From: a virus
Taxonomy: Duplodnaviria; Caudoviricetes
Length of the DNA: 24,302 nucleotides
Virus record (IMG/VR): IMGVR_UViG_3300038313_000129
Coordinates: 1-24,302 of that record
Strand: one strand, 5' to 3'
Positions 17,784-24,045 of this stretch are shown one piece after another (the stretch's first letter is position 1; each line of letters begins with the position of its first letter). The notes beneath the pieces are model-generated. The model worked only from the letters and a program-made list of their open reading frames with translations. It made no database searches and was not told the DNA's origin. The position numbers and the translations under genes are program-made.

Positions 17784-17860
17784 ATTATTGTAAGAATATG
17801 GTACATTTTGTATACATAATTGATACCCTCGTTATACTTTAACACTTTATCAGACTAAAG

Positions 17861-17960
17861 CGGCTGATTGCCGTTCTAAACGACTTTAGTTATACGCATT
17901 GATATTTATATCATTGCGCCATTAAAACCTGTCACGCCTTAATTTTGGGCTTTACAAGGG
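17861..17960. repeat. ~100-bp periodic element (strong-gyrase-site-like)
   Basis: Core GATATTTATATC, 8 nt, then arm 17921-17956, 27/36 identical to arm 18535-18570. Confidence 0.6.
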
Positions 17961-17970
17961 TATATGCGAT

Positions 17971-17991
17971 ATTGTTGGATATACCAACAAT
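17971..17991. promoter_or_regulatory. perfect operator-like palindrome
   Basis: ATTGTTGG-ATATA-CCAACAAT. Confidence 0.6.
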
Positions 17992-18046
17992 AAAACTAAT
18001 AAATGTATAATATTTATTTTTGTGTATATTATGCAAAATCAAAAAG

Positions 18047-18063
18047 TTGGCATGATTCTTGCA
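18047..18063 (+). promoter_or_regulatory. sigma-54 (-24/-12) promoter motif
   Basis: TTGGCATGATTCTTGCA = TGGCAY-N5-TTGCW with exact GG-N10-GC spacing. Confidence 0.65.
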
Positions 18064-18080
18064 AAATGTAGGAAAAATTC

Positions 18081-18190
18081 AAGCCGTATAAGGCTGTTTT
18101 TAAAGCCATATAAGGATTAAATGGCTTATATGATAAACTATACCTTGAATCAAATAAAACCCGTTAGAAACGAAAATAAAGCCCTGTAGA
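18081..18190. repeat. ~100-bp periodic element (strong-gyrase-site-like)
   Basis: Core GATAAACTATACC, 8 nt, then AATAAAACCCGTTAGAAACGAAAATAAAGCCC. Confidence 0.6.
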
Positions 18191-18392
18191 ACCATATGAT
18201 GTTTTGGCATGATTAAGCATTATTCAGAAAATATACACTCCCAGCGATACATACGCTTTAATCCTTTATTACTTTAGCGTGTGAAAGTACGATTTGCAAC
18301 CTCGGTGGACAAAATCTCCGCATCTTCCTTCTGTAGCTTATAGGATTGCCTCCATTCAAAGCGATCTCGATTTCCTTTGTTTTATTATCTAT

Positions 18393-18421
18393 AGTATACA
18401 CCAGAAAAAGCAATTTGTCAA
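18393..18421 (-). promoter_or_regulatory. sigma-A promoter with no substantial downstream ORF
   Basis: TTGACA-17-TATACT. Confidence 0.8.
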
Positions 18422-18470
18422 CACATTTCTTAAAAGTTTTTCAGGTTTTTTTGTTGGATAATGTGAAATA

Positions 18471-18570
18471 TAAAGCCCAGAATTGACTTGTAATGGATTT
18501 TATTTGACTTATTGAATACTTATATCTAAATGGAATTAAAGCCCGTTAAACCTTAATTTCAAGCCTTACA
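18471..18570. repeat. ~100-bp periodic element (strong-gyrase-site-like)
   Basis: Core GAATACTTATATC, 8 nt, then ATTAAAGCCCGTTAAACCTTAATTTCAAGCC. Confidence 0.6.
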
Positions 18571-18593
18571 ACACTAATACATGATTTTCACAT

Positions 18594-18620
18594 AAAAAAT
18601 AAGGGCTATTAACCCTTATT
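18594..18620 (-). terminator. intrinsic terminator ending the early gene block
   Basis: AATAAGGG-7-CCCTTATT running into a T tract on the minus strand; overlaps the stop of the ArdC-like gene. Confidence 0.7.
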
Positions 18621-18870
18621 TAATTTTTTCGCATTGTTCCTTTGTAAAGAATCCAGCATTTACAAGGTAAAGTTTTTTTTCATCTTTCCCAGTTTCCTTG
18701 TTTTTCCTTTTACAAGGTTTCCATATTTTGGTAATAAATCTTGCTTTTTCTCCATGTTTTACCATATACCCAGCTCGTTTCCAAGCTGGATAAGTATTAA
18801 CTATTGTATCAAAATCAATACCATTTTCCAATTTTGCTTCTAATATTAATATTTTGTTTGTAGTTGCCAT
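18616..18870 (-). CDS. ArdC N-terminal (ssDNA-binding)-like protein
   Basis: TYxxWKxxGYxVKxGEKA...IW...FF..EQ pattern; ATG 18870 follows AGGAGGT. Confidence 0.7.
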   Translation of the reverse strand: MATTNKILILEAKLENGIDFDTIVNTYPAWKRAGYMVKHGEKARFITKIWKPCKRKNKETGKDEKKLYLVNAGFFTKEQCEKIK

Positions 18871-18883
18871 TTTTTTGTACCTC

Positions 18884-19075
18884 CTATCTAATTTTAATTG
18901 CGTTAATTTTGTTGGCATAATATCTTATTTTTGCGCCTCCATTAAATGGATTATTAGTATTTTCCAAATTTAATATTATTTTTGCTATTGTTCCTACAGC
19001 CTCATCTTTTGTGATGAGTCCCATTTTGCAAGCCTCGTAATATTTTTCACATTCTACATTTTTTCTTTTAATCAT
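18884..19075 (-). CDS. early hypothetical protein
   Basis: 63 aa, AGGAGGT RBS. Confidence 0.8.
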   Translation of the reverse strand: MIKRKNVECEKYYEACKMGLITKDEAVGTIAKIILNLENTNNPFNGGAKIRYYANKINAIKIR

Positions 19076-19451
19076 TTTGTAACCTCCTATTAATTACATT
19101 TGTTTTCTTTTGATACTATTATAATATACCACTACATTCAAGTTACTTACTTAATGTTGTGTTCATCCATAAACCTTGTGACTTCCTCTATTTGTTTCAT
19201 TATTTTTTTAACATCTTCTTCGTCTTGCGCAATCCACGCTTTACTATCTTCATCTCCGTATAGCTCATAGCACTTTTTGCTATCAGCAAGTTTCTTTTCA
19301 GCTTTTTTAAGAACCTCGTTCCACTCCATCATCGTATTTTCTCTTTTGGTTCCTCTTAATATTTGCATTTTCTTGCCTCCTGAACACTCATCATATTTTT
19401 TTTGTAACCTCCTATTAATTACATTTGTTTTCTTTTGATACTATTATAATA
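19075..19451. repeat. 52-bp perfect direct repeat (19075-19126 and 19400-19451)
   Basis: TTTTGTAACCTCCTATTAATTACATTTGTTTTCTTTTGATACTATTATAATA twice, followed by CACTACATTxAAGTT in both (after a 3-nt insertion in the left copy); covers the -10, leader and RBS. Confidence 0.95.
19147..19368 (-). CDS. early hypothetical helical protein
   Basis: 73 aa, AGGAGG RBS. Confidence 0.8.
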   Translation of the reverse strand: MQILRGTKRENTMMEWNEVLKKAEKKLADSKKCYELYGDEDSKAWIAQDEEDVKKIMKQIEEVTRFMDEHNIK

Positions 19452-19474
19452 CACTACATTAAAGTTTTTGTCAA
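19446..19474 (-). promoter_or_regulatory. sigma-A promoter
   Basis: TTGACA-17-TATTAT. Confidence 0.7.
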
Positions 19475-19511
19475 CACTTTTTTAGAAAATAAATAAAGTT
19501 CTACTATTTTG

Positions 19512-19548
19512 AATATTCTGACAATTTAACCTGTTAAAAATTTATCAA
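19512..19548. promoter_or_regulatory. CodY-like box followed by a Rex-like box
   Basis: AATATTCTGACAATT (13/15); CTGTTAA-AAAT-TTATCAA (12/14 to clostridial Rex TTGTTAA-N4-TTAACAA). Confidence 0.45.
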
Positions 19549-19568
19549 TTTATTTTAGCGTTCACTTC

Positions 19569-19597
19569 ATTATAACACAAAAAATTCGTTTTGTCAA
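19569..19597 (-). promoter_or_regulatory. consensus sigma-A promoter
   Basis: TTGACA-17-TATAAT with extended TG. Confidence 0.88.
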
Positions 19598-19611
19598 GTG
19601 TTTTATCATAA

Positions 19612-19643
19612 AAAAAATTGTACTTTTTCAAGTACAATTTTTT
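19612..19643. terminator. bidirectional intrinsic terminator
   Basis: AAAAAATTGTACTT-TTTC-AAGTACAATTTTTT. Confidence 0.75.
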
Positions 19644-19663
19644 CCTGTTGATAAATTAATCCA

Positions 19664-19704
19664 TAACTTGTTTATATCTTATCATATAAACAAGTTAAAG
19701 TCAA
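19664..19704 (-). promoter_or_regulatory. sigma-A promoter embedded in a 14-bp perfect inverted repeat
   Basis: TTGACT-17-TAAGAT with extended TG; arms TAACTTGTTTATAT (19664-19677) and ATATAAACAAGTTA (19684-19697). Confidence 0.65.
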
Positions 19705-19712
19705 GTGTTTTT

Positions 19713-20228
19713 TTAATAAATTCTGTTAAAATTTCCGCCACAAATACCACATCTATAATTTTTATAATTATTAACAAATTTGCTTTGTCTCTTCCTCCTG
19801 ATTATTTGCCCGCAACCCTGACACTTAAATTCATATTGATAACTTTCTCTTTCTCTATCGCTCGTTGGTCTTTTAATCCCAAAAGATTCATAACTGGAAC
19901 ATCTAGAAATGTGATAGCCTAATTCACGATTTACCTTGTTTGCCAGTTTTTCCCAATTACCTTTATGACCATTTCCGCCTTTAGTACAATGTAGAATCTC
20001 GTGTACTATGGTATTTTTTACCTCGTTCGTGTTTGCCTCATCTCTTAGTATTTCGCTGGAGATATTAATCGTATGAACTCTTACGCCGTTTTGGTAAAAA
20101 CCCTTTGCTTCTCCAAATCTTCTTTTTGCCCTGTAATTGACCGACACATCTATTATAGGTTCTACATCGATTCCAATCGAACCGACCTCATTCATACATT
20201 CTACAAATAGTTTGTTTAGATTTTTCAT
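19713..20228 (-). CDS. SprT-like zinc metalloprotease
   Basis: RRFG, TIVHEILH, GHKGNW, C-terminal CxxC...CxxC zinc ribbon. Confidence 0.9.
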   Translation of the reverse strand: MKNLNKLFVECMNEVGSIGIDVEPIIDVSVNYRAKRRFGEAKGFYQNGVRVHTINISSEILRDEANTNEVKNTIVHEILHCTKGGNGHKGNWEKLANKVNRELGYHISRCSSYESFGIKRPTSDRERESYQYEFKCQGCGQIIRRKRQSKFVNNYKNYRCGICGGNFNRIY

Positions 20229-20273
20229 TTTCTTATAACCTCCAATTAGTTATCATCTTTAACTGATATACTA

Positions 20274-20302
20274 AGTATAGCACACGATAACGCCGTTGTC
20301 AA
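20274..20302 (-). promoter_or_regulatory. sigma-A promoter of the SprT-like gene
   Basis: TTGACA-17-TATACT with extended TG. Confidence 0.85.
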
Positions 20303-20398
20303 CAAAAATCTAACAAGTTTTTATGTATTTTTTTTAGTACAATATCAAACCCCAAAACAGCCCAAAATACGCTAAAATCAAAAAAACTATACCCTTAT

Positions 20399-20497
20399 AA
20401 GCCACGAAACGGCGTTCTAACGGCTTTTATTTTCGTTTGATATAAGTGTTCACGCCCTTTAAAAAAGTCTGTTAAACCTTAAAATAAAGGCACGTTT
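20399..20497. repeat. ~100-bp periodic element (strong-gyrase-site-like), inverted core
   Basis: Core GATATAAGTGTTC is the reverse complement of the 18514 core with 1 mismatch; shares GTTAAACCTTAA with 18545-18556. Confidence 0.6.
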
Positions 20498-20512
20498 TTT
20501 TTGAAAAAAGTA

Positions 20513-20541
20513 TTGACAAATCACCTAAAAGGGTTTATAAT
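20513..20541 (+). promoter_or_regulatory. perfect consensus sigma-A promoter on the non-coding strand
   Basis: TTGACA-17-TATAAT. Confidence 0.85.
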
Positions 20542-20548
20542 AAAAAAA

Positions 20549-20590
20549 GTACATATGTTCTTTTTATTAATAAATTAGAACATATGTTCT
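20549..20590. promoter_or_regulatory. two LexA/DinR (Cheo) boxes
   Basis: AGAACATATGTTCT (20577-20590, perfect GAAC-N4-GTTC) and GTACATATGTTC (20549-20560, 1 mismatch). Confidence 0.7.
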
Positions 20591-20599
20591 TCACAGCAT

Positions 20600-20645
20600 A
20601 TAAATAATAGTGTTACCAGTTTTTACCAATAACACTATTATTTAT
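20600..20645 (-). terminator. long stem-loop at the end of an early operon
   Basis: 16-bp perfect arms ATAAATAATAGTGTTA / TAACACTATTATTTAT; the stem extends by G-U pairs only on the minus-strand RNA. Confidence 0.75.
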
Positions 20646-20672
20646 TTATGTAACTTGGAGGATTAACTTATC

Positions 20673-20858
20673 TTAATATTCTGTATACTCCCATTCCTTG
20701 CACATCCTATGCAATGTGTCATAGTCTCTTTTTGTTACTACAATACCATCATAATGTATTGTGTCTTGCTCCCTTGTAAAGCATTTGCCTTCAAAATTTA
20801 TTCTTAAAAAATAATGGTTTCCGTTCATGTTTACTTTTGTCCTAAAATCTACTACCAT
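20673..20858 (-). CDS. early hypothetical protein
   Basis: 61 aa, GGAGGTG RBS. Confidence 0.8.
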   Translation of the reverse strand: MVVDFRTKVNMNGNHYFLRINFEGKCFTREQDTIHYDGIVVTKRDYDTLHRMCKEWEYTEY

Positions 20859-20862
20859 TTTT

Positions 20863-21255
20863 TTACACCTCCACTCTTATATCTGTTAGTACATCACTCC
20901 AATTAGTTCCAAAATGTGTAACGCCCCAAACGTACATATCTAATGGCTCAATGTAATATACGATTTCATCTGTAAACTCTTTTAAAATGTTTACTCCATT
21001 ACTATCAATAATAAAATACTGAAAAATATCATAATATTCATTTGATTCGTCGTCACAATCCAAACCGTTAACAAGTTCAACCTCCGAATACTCACCACTT
21101 ATTTCACAATAAAACAATTTTGTAATATTATTGCATAATACGGCATCAAAACTTTTTGCTAACGTGCCGTAATCCACAAAGTGATTCTCTAAGCCATAAT
21201 TACTTATCTTATTTCCGAAAAAATATTCACTCTTCCATACCTTTTTATTGTTCAT
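20863..21255 (-). CDS. early acidic hypothetical protein
   Basis: 130 aa from ATG 21255 (AGGAGGT); DIFQYFII...YVWGVTHFGTNW motif. Confidence 0.8.
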   Translation of the reverse strand: MNNKKVWKSEYFFGNKISNYGLENHFVDYGTLAKSFDAVLCNNITKLFYCEISGEYSEVELVNGLDCDDESNEYYDIFQYFIIDSNGVNILKEFTDEIVYYIEPLDMYVWGVTHFGTNWSDVLTDIRVEV

Positions 21256-21305
21256 TTTTTTACCTCCTATTAGTAAAACATATAATATAACTTTATATAT
21301 CAACT

Positions 21306-21461
21306 TTATTCTTTTGAATCATTATCAAATCTCTTCATTTTTGCCTCTAGAACCTTGATTTTATCGGTCTGAAAGTTATATTCTAACTGTAAAACTTTTC
21401 CAGCCCTCAAAGCCCTATTCATCATAGGCACAAGTTTTTCTATATTTACATTTTTTACCAT
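21306..21461 (-). CDS. hypothetical protein, 51 aa
   Basis: MVKNVNIEKLVPMMNRALRAGKVLQLEYNF...DSKE*; overlaps the upstream stop. Confidence 0.7.
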   Translation of the reverse strand: MVKNVNIEKLVPMMNRALRAGKVLQLEYNFQTDKIKVLEAKMKRFDNDSKE

Positions 21462-21874
21462 ATCTCCAACCCCTCCATTACACCACTAAATTCATTATCC
21501 ATTATTTCTAAAAAATCTTTGTCGCCGTCAGGTATTCCACGATAACAACAATTTATATAATTTTGCAACCACTCCTCATTAGTCAAATCATAGTCAAACT
21601 CACTATGGCACTCTTCTCGCACATCATCATCCATATAACTAGCTATTGTTGTCATCAACTTATCAGTTACTAACTGGTCAATAAATATATTTACAGTATC
21701 TCCCATAATGTGAAAATTCACAATGTCATAATTAAAGTAGTTGACCCCAATACTATTTTTACCGTCATAATTTGCCACAATATCATCATTATCCCAAGGC
21801 TCACCATTATGTATATTTATGATATTGATATTATTGTTATCTGATATTTTTTTTAATAATTCTTCTACTTTCAT
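21455..21874 (-). CDS. early acidic hypothetical protein
   Basis: 139 aa, D/E/N-rich, GGAGG RBS. Confidence 0.8.
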   Translation of the reverse strand: MKVEELLKKISDNNNINIINIHNGEPWDNDDIVANYDGKNSIGVNYFNYDIVNFHIMGDTVNIFIDQLVTDKLMTTIASYMDDDVREECHSEFDYDLTNEEWLQNYINCCYRGIPDGDKDFLEIMDNEFSGVMEGLEIW

Positions 21875-21878
21875 TCTT

Positions 21879-22151
21879 CTACGCCTCCATCATCATACAT
21901 AAAACTATAATTCCCTGTGTATAATAATCAGAGAATAACTCACTACTATTAGCACATATACTCTGATTATATTCATCTTCATCCATCACTTCAACAAAAC
22001 TAATTTCTGAATTGTCTGAATAATCGAATATTTCCGAACAATTATCAGTATGAAAATGATTAGGAAAATGTTCTCCCGTGTCGTTGGGCTTATAAACCTC
22101 AATAACATCATAGTCACCTTTGTATAGATTTTTGAAATCTTTAATTGTCAT
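21879..22151 (-). CDS. early, very acidic hypothetical protein
   Basis: 90 aa, about 19 D/E against 4 K and no R; AGGAGGT RBS. Confidence 0.8.
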   Translation of the reverse strand: MTIKDFKNLYKGDYDVIEVYKPNDTGEHFPNHFHTDNCSEIFDYSDNSEISFVEVMDEDEYNQSICANSSELFSDYYTQGIIVLCMMMEA

Positions 22152-22167
22152 TTGCTTATACCTCCTA

Positions 22168-22425
22168 TTAGTATCTTACAATCTTTACTATCTTATCTCT
22201 TTTATACACCGCTATATAATTAACAGATTCTTTATAGTGCTTTTTAGTTATCAATACAAGCCCCTTATCTTCGTTATACATATTAACCTCATATGTATAT
22301 ACGCCCTTTGTTTTGTCTACTTGTTCAATTTCTGCTATTCCAGCGTGATATCCACATATAATAGCTGTACCACCATTACTTGATATAACGGCTGTTATCA
22401 ATAGTGCGATAATTCTTTTTTTCAT
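22168..22425 (-). CDS. small exported or membrane-anchored protein
   Basis: MKKRIIALLITAVIS signal-peptide-like start. Confidence 0.75.
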   Translation of the reverse strand: MKKRIIALLITAVISSNGGTAIICGYHAGIAEIEQVDKTKGVYTYEVNMYNEDKGLVLITKKHYKESVNYIAVYKRDKIVKIVRY

Positions 22426-22427
22426 TT

Positions 22428-22646
22428 TTACTCACACCTCATTCCGTTTTTATAAGCCTGAATAGTCAGTTCTACCGTTGTACCATCATCAAGATAAAGT
22501 ATAACACCTTTATCTTTTGTTAAAATTCCAGCCTCTTCAAAACTTTCTATATCATTTATTTCAGTTCCAAAATTATCAATACCCTCCACCTCGTCAAGTT
22601 CTGAAAAAATATCCATTAGACAATTTTCAATTTTTTTCTCTTTCAT
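22428..22646 (-). CDS. early acidic hypothetical protein
   Basis: 72 aa, SFEEAGILTKDKGV..L.DG motif; AGGAGGT RBS. Confidence 0.8.
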   Translation of the reverse strand: MKEKKIENCLMDIFSELDEVEGIDNFGTEINDIESFEEAGILTKDKGVILYLDDGTTVELTIQAYKNGMRCE

Positions 22647-22692
22647 TATTAATACCTCCTATTGGTTCGTTTTATCTTTAACTTGTACCCTT

Positions 22693-22721
22693 ATATTACA
22701 CCTTTTTATTCCCAATGTCAA
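22693..22721 (-). promoter_or_regulatory. sigma-A promoter
   Basis: TTGACA-17-TAATAT. Confidence 0.75.
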
Positions 22722-22764
22722 CCCCTTTTGACAAAGTTTTTTTTATGTTTTTATTTCAGTACAA

Positions 22765-23187
22765 TCAAAATAATGTTGTATTAATTTTTTTTAAAAATTC
22801 ATCGATTTCATTGTCACATACTCTAACTTTTTGTGGTTGACAATCATTGATAGATTTTAGCATCTGGCTTAATGTATAACGGTCTTGTTCAACTCCGTTA
22901 AAGTATTCACGCCCCGTTATTTCCCATGTGCTTGTATTAATGATATACATTCCATTATCCCAGTTATCACAATCAAGATTCTCCAATAAATCAACTCCAC
23001 AAGATAGCCCGTCATCAAAATAGTTACAAATAGTTTGCGCCAGCCTTGCCATACCATAATCATCATTGCGATAACCTTTCATTTTACAATATTTCAAAAA
23101 ACCCTCAATACTGTCTCTCCCACCATTCCAATGTAAATAAATTCCTACCTTTTTTCTTTCATCTGTTATTACTGCTCTGTTGCCCAT
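22765..23187 (-). CDS. early phage protein (MGNRA...YLHWNGG type)
   Basis: 140 aa, AGGAGGT RBS, own promoter. Confidence 0.8.
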   Translation of the reverse strand: MGNRAVITDERKKVGIYLHWNGGRDSIEGFLKYCKMKGYRNDDYGMARLAQTICNYFDDGLSCGVDLLENLDCDNWDNGMYIINTSTWEITGREYFNGVEQDRYTLSQMLKSINDCQPQKVRVCDNEIDEFLKKINTTLF

Positions 23188-23234
23188 TTTTAAAAACCTC
23201 CTATTAGTTTTTCTTTTGTTTTAACTTTATTTAT

Positions 23235-23263
23235 AGTATACACTTAAAAATCCCATTTGTCAA
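23235..23263 (-). promoter_or_regulatory. sigma-A promoter
   Basis: TTGACA-17-TATACT. Confidence 0.85.
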
Positions 23264-23307
23264 TGTTTTTATTTTAATACACGATATAATATTTGTCGTA
23301 TGATAAT

Positions 23308-23730
23308 TTATCTACTGCAATACTTATTATATATCTTTAAATCATATTCGTTGTTGTTTAAGCCTATTCCAGCCCTTATTATTCGCATTATATCACAGAA
23401 TATACTAAGATATAATACATCTTGAATATACCCTTGTTCATCCTTTAAATATTCATTCCATTCATAATTTAATATTTCCTGCTTATCATTGATAATATTA
23501 CCATTTATACAGATTGAATTAGTCTGACCGTAAAACTCATTTAATAAATATATAGTACCATTTGCAAAATTAATATAACAATTATGTTTAGTATATCTTT
23601 CAAACAAGTTAGATATATCTTTTTTATTAATTTTATAAGTATAATAATCTTTATTAATAAAATCCATTGCATATTTAAGAAATGCTGTTTTATCAGATGA
23701 TGTTAGATATATTCGCCTTTTATTATCCAT
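23308..23730 (-). CDS. early hypothetical protein
   Basis: 140 aa from ATG 23730 (AGGAG RBS). Confidence 0.75.
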   Translation of the reverse strand: MDNKRRIYLTSSDKTAFLKYAMDFINKDYYTYKINKKDISNLFERYTKHNCYINFANGTIYLLNEFYGQTNSICINGNIINDKQEILNYEWNEYLKDEQGYIQDVLYLSIFCDIMRIIRAGIGLNNNEYDLKIYNKYCSR

Positions 23731-23747
23731 TTTTATATCTCCTATTC

Positions 23748-23915
23748 TTACCATTTTTCTATGGGTAATTTTTTTTCACGACAATAATCCATTCTATGTG
23801 AATGTAATCTTAGTAGTCCGCAAAGCTCTTGCTCTTTTTTACTGCATTTTGAGTCGCAACCATCTTTATCATTGCAATTATCAATTCTCTTTTGTATACT
23901 TTCTAACAATGTCAT
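23748..23915 (-). CDS. Cys-rich hypothetical protein, 55 aa
   Basis: MTLLESIQKRIDNCNDKDGCDSKCSKKEQELC...YCREKKLPIEKW*; AGGAGGT RBS. Confidence 0.75.
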   Translation of the reverse strand: MTLLESIQKRIDNCNDKDGCDSKCSKKEQELCGLLRLHSHRMDYCREKKLPIEKW

Positions 23916-23940
23916 TTTTTTGTACCTCCTATTAGTCTTT

Positions 23941-24042
23941 TAGCACCGTTATTTTGTGTTTTAACGGTCTTTTTGTTTTAATCAATAACTTATACCTTAA
24001 CGGCATTAAAGTCGATAAAAGCACTTATTAACGGCGTTAAAC
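23941..24042. repeat. ~100-bp periodic element (strong-gyrase-site-like)
   Basis: Core AATAACTTATACC, 8 nt, then ATTAAAGTCGATAAAAGC; fills the intergenic gap. Confidence 0.55.
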
Positions 24043-24045
24043 CTA

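Noticed and set aside
17789-17805. GlnR/TnrA-like box TGTAAGAATATGGTACA
   Set aside because: One mismatch in a short, low-information motif; not distinguishable from chance.
17019-20650. CRISPR array or mini-array
   Set aside because: No identical repeats separated by regular unique spacers; the repeats are promoters, operators or degenerate elements.
21306-21461. Suspected frameshifted gene
   Set aside because: On re-reading, the frame is intact (51 aa).
1167-22383. All other + strand ORFs in the track
   Set aside because: They lie antisense to well-supported minus-strand genes and have shadow-like composition and no RBS.
22716-22733. Divergent + strand promoter from TGTCAA-N6-TTGACA
   Set aside because: No acceptable -10 at 16-18 bp.
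2518-23754. Longer starts in the ORF track (3114, 12799, 13004, 13237, 18918, 21303, 23754)
   Set aside because: The extensions overlap upstream genes or contain the real RBS; downstream ATGs were used.
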